NCBI GenBank assembly: GCA_963815455.1
Contig: CAWFGO010000001.1
Coordinates: 32,001-96,000 of the forward strand
Length of the DNA: 64,000 nt
Source: an uncultured Verrucomicrobiae bacterium
GTDB lineage: Bacteria; Verrucomicrobiota; Verrucomicrobiia; Chthoniobacterales; UBA10450
Reading direction: 5' to 3'
Each line of letters starts with the position of its first letter. Positions within the stretch are counted from its first letter, which is position 1. A program made the position numbers and the translations under genes. Below are positions 1-9,084 of the stretch, piece by piece. The notes under the pieces were generated by a model. The model made no database searches. It was not told the origin of the DNA and saw nothing but the letters and a program-made list of their open reading frames with translations.

Positions 1-100
1 ATCTTTTTATTTACTCGGATTAGCAGCTAGAATCCGCGGCCGGAATTTTTTGAAACACAACCGGCAAGAACGTGTTATGCTCTGGAGGGAGTTAACAGGG

Positions 101-868
101 ATGTCTACGATCACTCGTCGAAAATTTCTCGGGCTCGGCGCTCTTGCCTTCCCGGCAGTGGTTGGGATCGACACCATCGTGCCCACGCCGCCACGTCTCC
201 GAGTGAGCGACTTGAAACTAAACGAATCCGGCAACTGCCGGTTCGTGCACTTCAGCGATCTGCATTACGTGGGTGAGCGGAAATATGCGGCTGAAGTCGT
301 CGGCACGATCAACGATCTGAACCCTGAGTTTGTTTGTTTCACCGGCGATCTGGTCGAAGATCGACGATTCGCGCCTGAAGCGCTCAGTTTCATCCGCCAG
401 ATCAAGGCGCCGGTCTACGGCATCCCAGGCAATCACGATTACTCGAGCCGCTCCCCGTTTTCCGAATACAGACGCAGTTTCACCGCCACCGGAGGCGCGT
501 GGATGCCGCATCGCAAAACCATCCTGTGCCAGCACGATCTCGAGCTTGTTGGGATGGGAATTACCGGAATGCCCGCTGCTCCTTCGGACGAGGTCACGCG
601 TCACCTCTTGCTGATGCACTATCCCATCATGGCCGACCGGCTTGGCCAGCGTCAATTCGAGCTGATCCTGGCCGGCCATTCGCACGGAGGCCAGGTTCGA
701 CTGCCGTTTGTAGGCGCGGTCAGCCTGCCTAGCGGGGTGGGCCCGTACGATTACGGCCGCTACGAGACGCCCGGCGGCCCGCTCTACGTCAACGCCGGGA
801 TCGGCACGCTGTCCCAGTTCCCGGTTCGTTTCAATTGTCCGCCCGAAATCACGGTCGTGACGATCTGA
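101..868 (+). CDS. Calcineurin-like metallophosphoesterase with Tat-like N-terminus
   Basis: Motifs SDLH, FTGDL, GNHD, LAGHSHGGQ; TRRKFL twin-arginine motif; GGAGG upstream of ATG 101. Confidence 0.9.
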   Translation: MSTITRRKFLGLGALAFPAVVGIDTIVPTPPRLRVSDLKLNESGNCRFVHFSDLHYVGERKYAAEVVGTINDLNPEFVCFTGDLVEDRRFAPEALSFIRQIKAPVYGIPGNHDYSSRSPFSEYRRSFTATGGAWMPHRKTILCQHDLELVGMGITGMPAAPSDEVTRHLLLMHYPIMADRLGQRQFELILAGHSHGGQVRLPFVGAVSLPSGVGPYDYGRYETPGGPLYVNAGIGTLSQFPVRFNCPPEITVVTI

Positions 869-898
869 GTCGGAGAGCGTCTGGGTCGGGCGGCGGCT

Positions 899-1381
899 TC
901 AACACGAAGTCGGAACGCGTTGGGCCAGCGCGACAGCATGAGGGATCGCGCCGTCAACGAAGCCGAGACATTCCACCGCGCCGCTTGGCTTTCCAGGCAA
1001 AGCAATAACGAGGGAAGAATCTACAATCGCCGCCAGACTGCGCGAAAGAATCGCGTTCGGGGTGATCTTCATCGATTCCCCGCGCATGATTTCGCCGAAA
1101 CCGGGAATTTCCACGCGCATAATGGCGCGGATCGCTTCCGGCGTCACATCGCGCGGGCCGACGCCTGTTCCGCCGGTAGTCAGAATCAAACCGCAGCCTT
1201 GTTGCGAAAACGAGCGGATCGTTTCCTGAATGCGAACGGCGTCGTCGGGGACGATCCCTTCGGCCAGAACCTGCCAGCTCGCTTTTTGAGCGGCGTCTTT
1301 CAGCGCCGGTCCGCCAAGATCGACATATTCACCAGCACTGGCCCGATCGGAAATCGTGATGATGCCAACGGTGATTTGCAT
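899..1381 (-). CDS. mogA: Molybdopterin adenylyltransferase (MogA/MoaB family)
   Basis: GIITISDRAS, TTGGTGVGPRDVTPEA, LPGKP; operon with moaC/moaA; start set at MQITVG. Confidence 0.88.
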   Translation of the reverse strand: MQITVGIITISDRASAGEYVDLGGPALKDAAQKASWQVLAEGIVPDDAVRIQETIRSFSQQGCGLILTTGGTGVGPRDVTPEAIRAIMRVEIPGFGEIMRGESMKITPNAILSRSLAAIVDSSLVIALPGKPSGAVECLGFVDGAIPHAVALAQRVPTSC

Positions 1382-1387
1382 TTTATT

Positions 1388-1456
1388 TGTAGCGGCGCTC
1401 TTAGAGCGTCGCATTCTTTCTCTCGATTCGAGCGACGGTCGGAGACCGCCGCTACA
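1388..1456. repeat. GTAG-type REP doublet
   Basis: TGTAGCGGCG...GCGACGGTCGGAGACCGCCGCTACA; right arm identical to 22777-22801 and to the reverse complement of 33963-33987; overlaps the moaC stop. Confidence 0.85.
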
Positions 1457-1904
1457 GTTTTTGTTTCGTTTTCTCGACTAAGTGGATTCCCGTGATTTGC
1501 ATCTCTTTATCCACGGCCTTGCACATGTCGTAAATCGTAAGTAAGGCGACAGCAACGCCGGTGAGCGCTTCCATTTCGACGCCGGTTTGGGCGACCGTTT
1601 GGGCGGTGCATGTCACTTCGGCGCCGTCGTTCGACGCGACGATTTCGATCCTCACCTCGCCCAGCGGCAAGGTGTGGCAAAGGGGAATGAGCTGGGCCGT
1701 TTGTTTCGCAGCCTGAATCCCGGCAATACGCGCTGTGGCAAAAACGTTACCTTTCGTGATTTGGTCCTTTGAAATCAGATCGAGCGTCTCGCGGTGAAGG
1801 CGAATTTTTCCAGAAGCAACAGCCTTGCGTGCACTCATTGGCTTGGCGGAGACATCGACCATTTGGGCCCGCCCATCGGCGGCAATGTGGGTGAGGCGCT
1901 TCAC
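1452..1904 (-). CDS. moaC: Cyclic pyranopterin monophosphate synthase MoaC
   Basis: LTH..MVDVSAK, LIPLCH, TGVEMEAL, TIYDMCKAVD. Confidence 0.96.
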   Translation of the reverse strand: MKRLTHIAADGRAQMVDVSAKPMSARKAVASGKIRLHRETLDLISKDQITKGNVFATARIAGIQAAKQTAQLIPLCHTLPLGEVRIEIVASNDGAEVTCTAQTVAQTGVEMEALTGVAVALLTIYDMCKAVDKEMQITGIHLVEKTKQKL

Positions 1905-1912
1905 AGTTCAGC

Positions 1913-2914
1913 TCAGCCACCGATCGCGACCATCTTGCGCCCAGGTTGATAATTGTCGCGGAAATCGTGCTGCTCCGGTTTGCGATCGACCACATCGAGA
2001 AAAAACTGGCGCAGCTCGGCGTCGCTCGCGCCCGCGCGCAACGGTTTCATGATATCAAACTCGAGGTAACTGCCAAGACACGGGCGTAATTTACCGTCGC
2101 AGGTAAGCCGCAGCTTGTTGCAACTCTCGCAGAAGTGCAGGTTCGTCATCGCGCCGATGAAACCGATGCGCTGAGTGCGGCCTGGGATCTGGTAGTACGT
2201 AGCCGGGCCATTCGTCCTAAACGTCGGCTCTGGCATCAGCTCGCCAAAATGCGTTTCGATCGCCCGCTTCGCTTTCAAGATCGACATGAAGTTTTCTTCA
2301 TCGAGCACTTCAGTCGTGCTCACCGGCATGAGTTCGATGAAACGCAGGATCAAATTGCGAGCAGCAGCGAATTCAACAAGCGGAATTAATTGGTCTTCAT
2401 TCCGGCCGCGCATCAGAACACAATTTAACTTTATCTGGTCGAATCCGGCGGCGATCGCCGCGTCGATTCCTTCGAGAGCCTGCGGATGAAAATCGCGCCC
2501 GGTCATCGCGGCATAGACGTCTCGATCCAGGGTATCAAGCGAAATATTCACCGAGCGCACGTCGGCATTCCGCAGGGACTCTGCCATGGTCAGGCCCGGT
2601 TCCGCTTCACGCGCCAGCAGCGTTCCGTTTGTGGAAAGGCCGATGTCGCGAAGACCTTCAATTTTCGGCAGTTCCCGCATCAGATCGAGAACCCCGCGGC
2701 GAGTGAGCGGCTCCCCTCCGGTGATCCGCACTTTGGAGACGCCGAGGCCCGTGGCAATACGAATCAGGCGCAGCGTCTCCTCATAACTCAGGATGTCTTC
2801 GCGCGGCAACCACTCCTGCAACTCCTGTGGCATGCAGTAGGTGCAGCGCTCGTTGCATCGATCGGTGATCGAGACGCGCAGATATGAAATGCGATGGCCG
2901 TAACGATCTTGCAT
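1913..2914 (-). CDS. moaA: GTP 3',8-cyclase MoaA (radical SAM)
   Basis: YLRVSITDRCNERCTYC, FCESCNKLRL, C-terminal IGG. Confidence 0.97.
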   Translation of the reverse strand: MQDRYGHRISYLRVSITDRCNERCTYCMPQELQEWLPREDILSYEETLRLIRIATGLGVSKVRITGGEPLTRRGVLDLMRELPKIEGLRDIGLSTNGTLLAREAEPGLTMAESLRNADVRSVNISLDTLDRDVYAAMTGRDFHPQALEGIDAAIAAGFDQIKLNCVLMRGRNEDQLIPLVEFAAARNLILRFIELMPVSTTEVLDEENFMSILKAKRAIETHFGELMPEPTFRTNGPATYYQIPGRTQRIGFIGAMTNLHFCESCNKLRLTCDGKLRPCLGSYLEFDIMKPLRAGASDAELRQFFLDVVDRKPEQHDFRDNYQPGRKMVAIGG

Positions 2915-3001
2915 CCAAGCGCAACGTTAGCGGGAATGTAGGGTTGAATCAACAAAGCGGGGCAATTGACTCAACCTAAGGAGACCGTTATGATTTTGGG
3001 C

Positions 3002-3505
3002 ATGAAACGTCATCTTTTTCCGGGCACTCTGGCCTTGGTTATCGCAGTTGGCGCGTTCACTTTGACTGGATGTTCGACGACCCAGACCCGAATTTCCGAC
3101 CATCCCGAGATCTACAATTCGCTCTCGCCCAGCGACCAAGCCCTGGTGAGCGCAGGCAAAATCCGTTCAGGCATGTCGAAAAATGCCGCTTGGTTGGCGT
3201 GGGGTTCACCAGACAGGAAATTCGAAGGGAGCATGCGAGGACGCCAGACTGAAACCTGGGTGTACATCAACTATGAGACAGCCTACCCCTACGGTTATCC
3301 TTATGGTCCATCCTTTGGCTACGGCTTCGGCGGCGTGGGGGTGTTGCGTCGCCATGGACATCACCGGTTCTTCTTCTACGGCAGTCCATTCTATGATCCA
3401 TTTTATTATTCGGCCATTCCGCCAAGTATCCCCGTCCCGTATAAGACCGTTACCTTCACGAACGGGCGGGTCGCCTCTTTCCAATACCGCGTCGAACGTT
3501 ATTAG
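3002..3505 (+). CDS. Lipoprotein, SmpA/BamE-like signature
   Basis: Lipobox LTGC; GMSK..AWGSPD..ETWVY; Tyr/Gly-rich insert. Confidence 0.7.
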   Translation: MKRHLFPGTLALVIAVGAFTLTGCSTTQTRISDHPEIYNSLSPSDQALVSAGKIRSGMSKNAAWLAWGSPDRKFEGSMRGRQTETWVYINYETAYPYGYPYGPSFGYGFGGVGVLRRHGHHRFFFYGSPFYDPFYYSAIPPSIPVPYKTVTFTNGRVASFQYRVERY

Positions 3506-3545
3506 GCCCGGTAGTGGGCGCGTGCCAATCTGCCCGGCATCATAG

Positions 3546-5015
3546 ATGGCTTATCGCTCGTTCCGCAATTTCCTCGACGCGCTGGAGCGAGCCGGTGAAC
3601 TAAAACGGATCTCGGTTCCCGTCGACACGAACCTGCTCATTGCTGAATGGGCGGATCGTGAAATGAAATCGCCCGGCGGCGGAAAGGCGTTGCTCTTCGA
3701 GCACCCGATTGTCGACGGGAAGGAGGCCGCGTTCCCCGTAGCGATCAATACCATGGGATCGCGTCGGCGTATGGCGCTGGCCTTGCAGGTCGCCGATGTC
3801 GAAGATGTCGCGCAGGAGATCCAGCTCATTCTAAAAGCGAAGCCGCCGACTGATCTGCGCGAGGGCTGGAGCTTGCTCAAGCAGGGAATTCATCTGCTGC
3901 ATGCGCGTCCGAAACAAGTAACCGATGCGGCCTGTCAGGAAGTCGTCCACAAGATCGACGATGGCGGCGCTTTTTCCCTAACCGATTTACCGATCCTTAA
4001 ATGCTGGCCGAAAGACGGCGGTCGTTTCATCACCTTGCCAAACGTGCATACCCGCGATCCCGAAACCGGTGCGCGCAACGTCGGCGTTTATCGGATGCAA
4101 GTTTACGATGAGCGCACGACGGCGATGCATTGGCAGATCCACAAGGTCGGCGCCCGACACGGAAAACGTTATTACGAACGCGGCGAACGCATGCCGGTCG
4201 CGGTCACCCTTGGCGGCGATCCCGTTTATACTTTTGCCGCGACGGCACCGCTGCCCGACGGTCTGGACGAAATCTTGTTCTCGGGGTTTCTGCGCAAGAA
4301 ATCAGTCGAAATGGTGCGGTGCAAGACCGTCGATGTCGATATTCCAGCCGATGTCGATTTCGTGCTGGAAGGCTACGTTCAACCAGGTGAAACGCGGCCG
4401 GAAGGCCCCTTCGGCGATCACACCGGTTTTTACACCGCTGTCGAGGACTACCCGGTCTTCCATCTGACCGCGATCGCGCACCGGCGCGACGCGATCTATC
4501 CGACCACAATCGTGGGGATGCCGCCCATGGAAGATTTTTATCTGGGGGATGCGACGGTGCGAATTTTTCTGCCGGTTTTCAAAATGAATTTCCCGGAGAT
4601 CGTGGACATGACGTTGCCGCCCGAAGGTGTGTTTCACAACCTCGTATTCGTCAGCATCCGCAAACAATATCCGTATCAGGCCTTTAAAGTGATGCATGGC
4701 CTGTGGGGCATGGGCCAGATGATGTTCAGCAAATACATCATTGTGGTCGACGAAGACTGTGATGTGCACAACACCAGCGAGGTGCTCTTTCGACTCTGTG
4801 CAAACACCGATCCCGCGCGCGATTCCACGGTCATCAAGAATCCAAGCGATTCGCTCGATCACGCACCCACGGATCAAAATGTCGGTTCGCACATGGGCTT
4901 CGACGCCACGCGCAAGCTACCCGGCGAAAATTACCATCGACAATGGCCGGAGCTTTTGAAAATGACCGACGAAGCGAAGGCGTTGGTGGATGAATTGCAA
5001 AAGAAAACGCGTTGA
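3546..5015 (+). CDS. UbiD-family decarboxylase (likely menaquinone futalosine-pathway type)
   Basis: NVGVYRMQ, EGPFGDHTGFY, GMPPMED, IIVVDED. Confidence 0.92.
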   Translation: MAYRSFRNFLDALERAGELKRISVPVDTNLLIAEWADREMKSPGGGKALLFEHPIVDGKEAAFPVAINTMGSRRRMALALQVADVEDVAQEIQLILKAKPPTDLREGWSLLKQGIHLLHARPKQVTDAACQEVVHKIDDGGAFSLTDLPILKCWPKDGGRFITLPNVHTRDPETGARNVGVYRMQVYDERTTAMHWQIHKVGARHGKRYYERGERMPVAVTLGGDPVYTFAATAPLPDGLDEILFSGFLRKKSVEMVRCKTVDVDIPADVDFVLEGYVQPGETRPEGPFGDHTGFYTAVEDYPVFHLTAIAHRRDAIYPTTIVGMPPMEDFYLGDATVRIFLPVFKMNFPEIVDMTLPPEGVFHNLVFVSIRKQYPYQAFKVMHGLWGMGQMMFSKYIIVVDEDCDVHNTSEVLFRLCANTDPARDSTVIKNPSDSLDHAPTDQNVGSHMGFDATRKLPGENYHRQWPELLKMTDEAKALVDELQKKTR

Positions 5016-5041
5016 CCCCACGTCGGGATCAACGCGTTTTC
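5003..5041. terminator. Probable bidirectional intrinsic terminator
   Basis: GAAAACGCGTTGA...TCAACGCGTTTTC inverted repeat between convergent genes. Confidence 0.5.
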
Positions 5042-5061
5042 GTAGACTAGTTGCGTATCGC

Positions 5062-5460
5062 CTAGGGCCTGCGGAATAGCTGGCCCGTATCGACGTCGCG
5101 GGTGAGCCCGCGATGAGGAACACCGCGAAGATCGTAAACGCGGCCGGTATAGGGACTGCGATAGAAACCGGGCCTTCCCGCGTACCGCCCGAATGGAAAG
5201 CCACCCGGAGGAGGCGGGCCGTAACGCGCCGCCTGGTCCTGCTGGATGGCATTACCAATCAGGGCACCGGTGGCTGCGCCGGCAGCTGCGCCAATCGCCG
5301 CGCCGCGCACTCTTCCGGTCGCCGCGGCGCCAATGATCGCGCCCGCTGCGGCTCCGTAACCGGCGCCCTGCCCAGTCGGAGTGTCACAAGAATTCAGGCT
5401 TAACGCCGACAGCGCGATCACCGAGATAATTCCCAAACTTTTTTGCTTCATTTTATTCAT
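5062..5460 (-). CDS. Glycine-zipper lipoprotein
   Basis: Lipobox LNSC; GAAAGAIIG/GAAAGAATG zipper; C-terminal GFYRSPY..YD..F..P module. Confidence 0.82.
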   Translation of the reverse strand: MNKMKQKSLGIISVIALSALSLNSCDTPTGQGAGYGAAAGAIIGAAATGRVRGAAIGAAAGAATGALIGNAIQQDQAARYGPPPPGGFPFGRYAGRPGFYRSPYTGRVYDLRGVPHRGLTRDVDTGQLFRRP

Positions 5461-5526
5461 AGTAATCCTTCCCCTAAATCAAACCCGTAAATTCAGGAAA
5501 GTCGCGCCAATGATTGTTTGACTGTC

Positions 5527-5847
5527 TTACGGTACAACAAAGACTTGCGGCGGCGTCGCGTACTTATCGAGCACGAACATGCCGCTCTTGAGCTGCCGGC
5601 AGTCGTACATCTTGCTGGAATACGGGCTTCTGAAGAAGCCCGCGTTGGCCGTCGCGCTGCGAGAATACTCTTTTATGGCTGTTAAATAGCCTTTCGGTCC
5701 AGGTGGATATTTTTTCTGCGCCTCCTCTTTTTTAATCTCTTTGGCTACAATGGCTCCTTGTGTGCCGGACTGCCCGTAGGTGGGAGCGTTCAGGAGCAGA
5801 TGCCCGACCGCCAAGACTGAAACAATTGCAACGATTTGTTTTTTCAT
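5527..5847 (-). CDS. Small secreted protein sharing its C-terminal module with the adjacent lipoprotein
   Basis: Signal peptide; GFFRSPYSSKMYDCR...VFVVP. Confidence 0.7.
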   Translation of the reverse strand: MKKQIVAIVSVLAVGHLLLNAPTYGQSGTQGAIVAKEIKKEEAQKKYPPGPKGYLTAIKEYSRSATANAGFFRSPYSSKMYDCRQLKSGMFVLDKYATPPQVFVVP

Positions 5848-5900
5848 TTTTTATTAGTGTTTCGCAACAGAGAGATTCGACGGATGCCTAGCGCGCAAAT

Positions 5901-6722
5901 TCAAAACAATTTGAAAAGCTGCGCCAAAATCCGACCGGCTTTCTCCAATTTGTTTAGCCGGTATTCTTTTTCGAAAACGCGAAATTTGTCCAGCTCCATT
6001 CTGCGGAGAAGACCGCGATAAATCGAGCCCATGATCTCGGCCGCAACCATCGATTTACGATCTTCGCGCGGCAGCACTGCTGCGGCAGCGGCGAAAAACT
6101 GGCGCGCCCGGGACGCTTCAAAGTTCATTAGACGGACAAAATGCTCGTTATATTGTCGATCCTGCAGTGCCGCTTCGGAGTAGTGAAACCGCGCCAGATC
6201 CTCGAGTGGGAGATAAATCCGGCCATTCTGCAAATCTTTTCCGATGTCGCGGATGATGTTCGTCATCTGCAGTGCCAGGCCAAGCTGAACCGCATATTCT
6301 TTGCAGAATGGATTACGATAGCCAAAAATCTCGATCGAAACCAGACCGACGGCGCTGGCAACCCGATAGCAATAGACCCGCAGCTCTTCAAACGTCGCGT
6401 AGCGGACGATGTTCAAATCCATTTCCACTCCGGCAATTATCTCCTCGAGCATCGCCGGCGACAGCGAGTATTTGTCCATCAAGTGACGAATATCGGCTGC
6501 GAGTGCTGGTTCGCCCGGAACGACTCCTCGCAGCATCTGGCGCCAAGCATCCAAACGGCTTTGCTTTTCTGAAACCGCCAGCTCCGACGAATCGGAAATA
6601 TCGTCAATTACGCGACAGAACGCGTAAAAGATCGTGATGTCGCGGCGCCGTTCGGGACCGAGCGAAATAAACGCGAGAGCGAGATTCGATTTGCTCTGAC
6701 GAGTAATACTTGCCGCGTTCAC
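5901..6722 (-). CDS. hpnD: Squalene/phytoene synthase family, HpnD-like
   Basis: YAFCRVIDD, YCYRVASAVG, LQMTNIIRD, GRIYLP. Confidence 0.85.
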   Translation of the reverse strand: MNAASITRQSKSNLALAFISLGPERRRDITIFYAFCRVIDDISDSSELAVSEKQSRLDAWRQMLRGVVPGEPALAADIRHLMDKYSLSPAMLEEIIAGVEMDLNIVRYATFEELRVYCYRVASAVGLVSIEIFGYRNPFCKEYAVQLGLALQMTNIIRDIGKDLQNGRIYLPLEDLARFHYSEAALQDRQYNEHFVRLMNFEASRARQFFAAAAAVLPREDRKSMVAAEIMGSIYRGLLRRMELDKFRVFEKEYRLNKLEKAGRILAQLFKLF

Positions 6723-6747
6723 AATTCACTCCAACAACGCCATTGTC

Positions 6748-7926
6748 CTAAAATTGAATCCAGGTCTGCTGCTCGACCCGTCCAGTTTCAGCTTGCCGGA
6801 ATAGACAGACCCACGAAGCGAGAAGCCAGCCAGTGATAAATCCGCGAAGACAAACAAGGATACATTTCCAAAGAAAAAGCGCCATTAGACGATCGGCAAT
6901 TGCGCCGCGGGCAATGGCATCGGCCACGGTAATGAAGAAAAAATGGATCGCGCAAATAAGCAGGAACCAGCCAAACCGCCCGGAGTTCCGGCCGATAAAT
7001 TGCCAATGAGCGCGGATGGCGGCGCTCAAATTCTCGTTGTGCAAGGCGAGTGAGATTTGAACGGAACAAAAGGCAATGATCAAGCCGCTCATTAGAGTGC
7101 GTTCCAGGGGCAGATAGTCGAGCACGTTGGGAATATTCATGAAGTAAGCGAGCCAGAGCGGAAGCCGCACAATGAACAGGCTGACCAGGACAACAATGCC
7201 GGCCCACTCCAGCACGTAACTGAAGCGGCGCATCGCGAATCGGAGAAGTTCCCCTTCTTCGAAGCCAAGTCCTTTAACCCAGAAGAGACAAACCGTGATT
7301 AAATACACCTGGATGTAGACGCCGAGCAGATACTCGAAAATGAATGCCACCGCATCCACTGTGGCTGAAATCTTCAACAGCAGCGGCGCGGCGATCACGC
7401 TACCCCACTCCGGCAGCACCCAGAAAGCAACCGGTTTCAAGAGCGAGGCCAGTGCTCCGATCAGCAAGCTCGAATAGATAAGGTAACTCCAAAAACGGTA
7501 CCTCTTCCACAACGAACCAAAGAGCACGCCGTGCAATCCACGCCAATTCAGGAACAAGAGAACTGCCGCAACGACCGAAAGCGGATACGTCGTCGTTGCA
7601 TTGTCGAAAATTCCGGCCACCCCTTCCAACGCGGGCAATGGCGTTTCCTTCCAGACCTCGGTGAACCCGGGAAAGTACCAATCCGGCAAGGAAGCAATCT
7701 GGTTAAGATCGAGATCCGTCGTGTTCTGGATCGGAGTAAAGGTGGCGAACTGAAAAACAAAATAGCCGAAGCCGAGCACTACAAACGTCAGCGCGACCCG
7801 TTTGAATCGCGTAATGCAACGAAACCCGTCGCGGAGGGCCAGGCGCACCGGATTGAAAAGCATCAGGATAACGTATCCGCCGATCAGTCCGAGCAGCGGA
7901 TACACTCGTGACGCGCTTGAGAGCAT
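6748..7926 (-). CDS. Polytopic membrane protein, unknown function
   Basis: Long ORF with many hydrophobic segments, co-oriented with lepB. Confidence 0.8.
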   Translation of the reverse strand: MLSSASRVYPLLGLIGGYVILMLFNPVRLALRDGFRCITRFKRVALTFVVLGFGYFVFQFATFTPIQNTTDLDLNQIASLPDWYFPGFTEVWKETPLPALEGVAGIFDNATTTYPLSVVAAVLLFLNWRGLHGVLFGSLWKRYRFWSYLIYSSLLIGALASLLKPVAFWVLPEWGSVIAAPLLLKISATVDAVAFIFEYLLGVYIQVYLITVCLFWVKGLGFEEGELLRFAMRRFSYVLEWAGIVVLVSLFIVRLPLWLAYFMNIPNVLDYLPLERTLMSGLIIAFCSVQISLALHNENLSAAIRAHWQFIGRNSGRFGWFLLICAIHFFFITVADAIARGAIADRLMALFLWKCILVCLRGFITGWLLASWVCLFRQAETGRVEQQTWIQF

Positions 7927-7939
7927 GGAGCCCCGCTGG

Positions 7940-9037
7940 CTAACGAATCAATCCCCAGTGCCGATTGAATGGCCAGTAAACAAGCAAACCGCGTCCCACC
8001 AGATTTTCCTGCGGGACCACGCCCCAGTAGCGGCTGTCCGCACTGTTGTAACTGTTATCGCCCAGCGCAAAATAGGCGTCCGGCGGCACCTCGAATGTAC
8101 TATTGGGGAGCCCAAGATAGCTCTGGCCCGAAGCGCCACCGTAGCCGCGATAGCCATCCCGCGCTGACATCACTCGTTTAAAACCGAAAGCCTCCCCCAC
8201 TTTCCCGTTGACGTAGAGCAGCGGCGGCTCGATCCGCAGCGTGTCTCCGGGCAAACCAGCCAACCGCTTGATATAGAATGGCTGGCCCGTTTCTGCGTCA
8301 CCCGGAATTCCGGGAATATTATTCGTTCGGAAAACAAAGACATCGCCGCGGTGCGGCTTAATGAAATTGTAACTGAATTTGTCGACAAAGACCTGATCGC
8401 CGGTATCCACGGCGCCCCGGGCAATGATTTCGCCCCGCTTATACATACGACCGGCTGTGACATTAAAATCGTGCCGGAGCGTATCCTGTGGCGCATAGAC
8501 CAAGTAGGTTTGATATCGGCAAATCAAGCGCGTGAAAGTGAAAAAGAAGAAGGTCTTTTTCTGTTGCACGCTGAGAATTTCGTCGTCTTGACGAGCGACA
8601 ACGTTGATGTAATTGCGACCCACAAAGACAAACTCGGCTGCCTGCCGCAGAATATTTGGCCCGGGCTCTTTGCTGGGATGGCCAATAATTCCATTCAGCG
8701 TCGGCTGCATCGATCCGGTCGGGATCTTGAACGGCTGCAAGAAATATGATCGGATCCCGATGGCCACCACGATCGCCACGAAAATGACTTCACAATTTTC
8801 CCGCCAATGCGATTCCCAGGTGATCGGGGTCAACCTGTGCATTTGCGCATCGAGCGCTTCGGCCTCGGTCTTGATCCGTTCGTGGTCCCGCTTCCGGAAC
8901 CCCTCCCGTAATCTTCCCATCGCGCCGGTCAATTCTTCTCGAGTCGCCGCGCTGAGCACATCGCTCTTGTAACGAAGATATTTTTGGGCGTGCCGCAGGA
9001 GCAGTTTGCTGTGCTTGACGTAACGTGGCGTAAACAT
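7940..9037 (-). CDS. lepB: Signal peptidase I
   Basis: PFKIPTGSMQPTL, YIKRL, GDNSYNSADSRYWG; follows lepA. Confidence 0.95.
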   Translation of the reverse strand: MFTPRYVKHSKLLLRHAQKYLRYKSDVLSAATREELTGAMGRLREGFRKRDHERIKTEAEALDAQMHRLTPITWESHWRENCEVIFVAIVVAIGIRSYFLQPFKIPTGSMQPTLNGIIGHPSKEPGPNILRQAAEFVFVGRNYINVVARQDDEILSVQQKKTFFFFTFTRLICRYQTYLVYAPQDTLRHDFNVTAGRMYKRGEIIARGAVDTGDQVFVDKFSYNFIKPHRGDVFVFRTNNIPGIPGDAETGQPFYIKRLAGLPGDTLRIEPPLLYVNGKVGEAFGFKRVMSARDGYRGYGGASGQSYLGLPNSTFEVPPDAYFALGDNSYNSADSRYWGVVPQENLVGRGLLVYWPFNRHWGLIR

Positions 9038-9084
9038 GGCTTAGAAAATAACGGAGCAGGAATATCGAATGACGAATGAATTAC

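Noticed and set aside
2914..3001. Moco riboswitch upstream of moaA
   Set aside because: The divergent spacer is under 90 nt with no recognisable structure.
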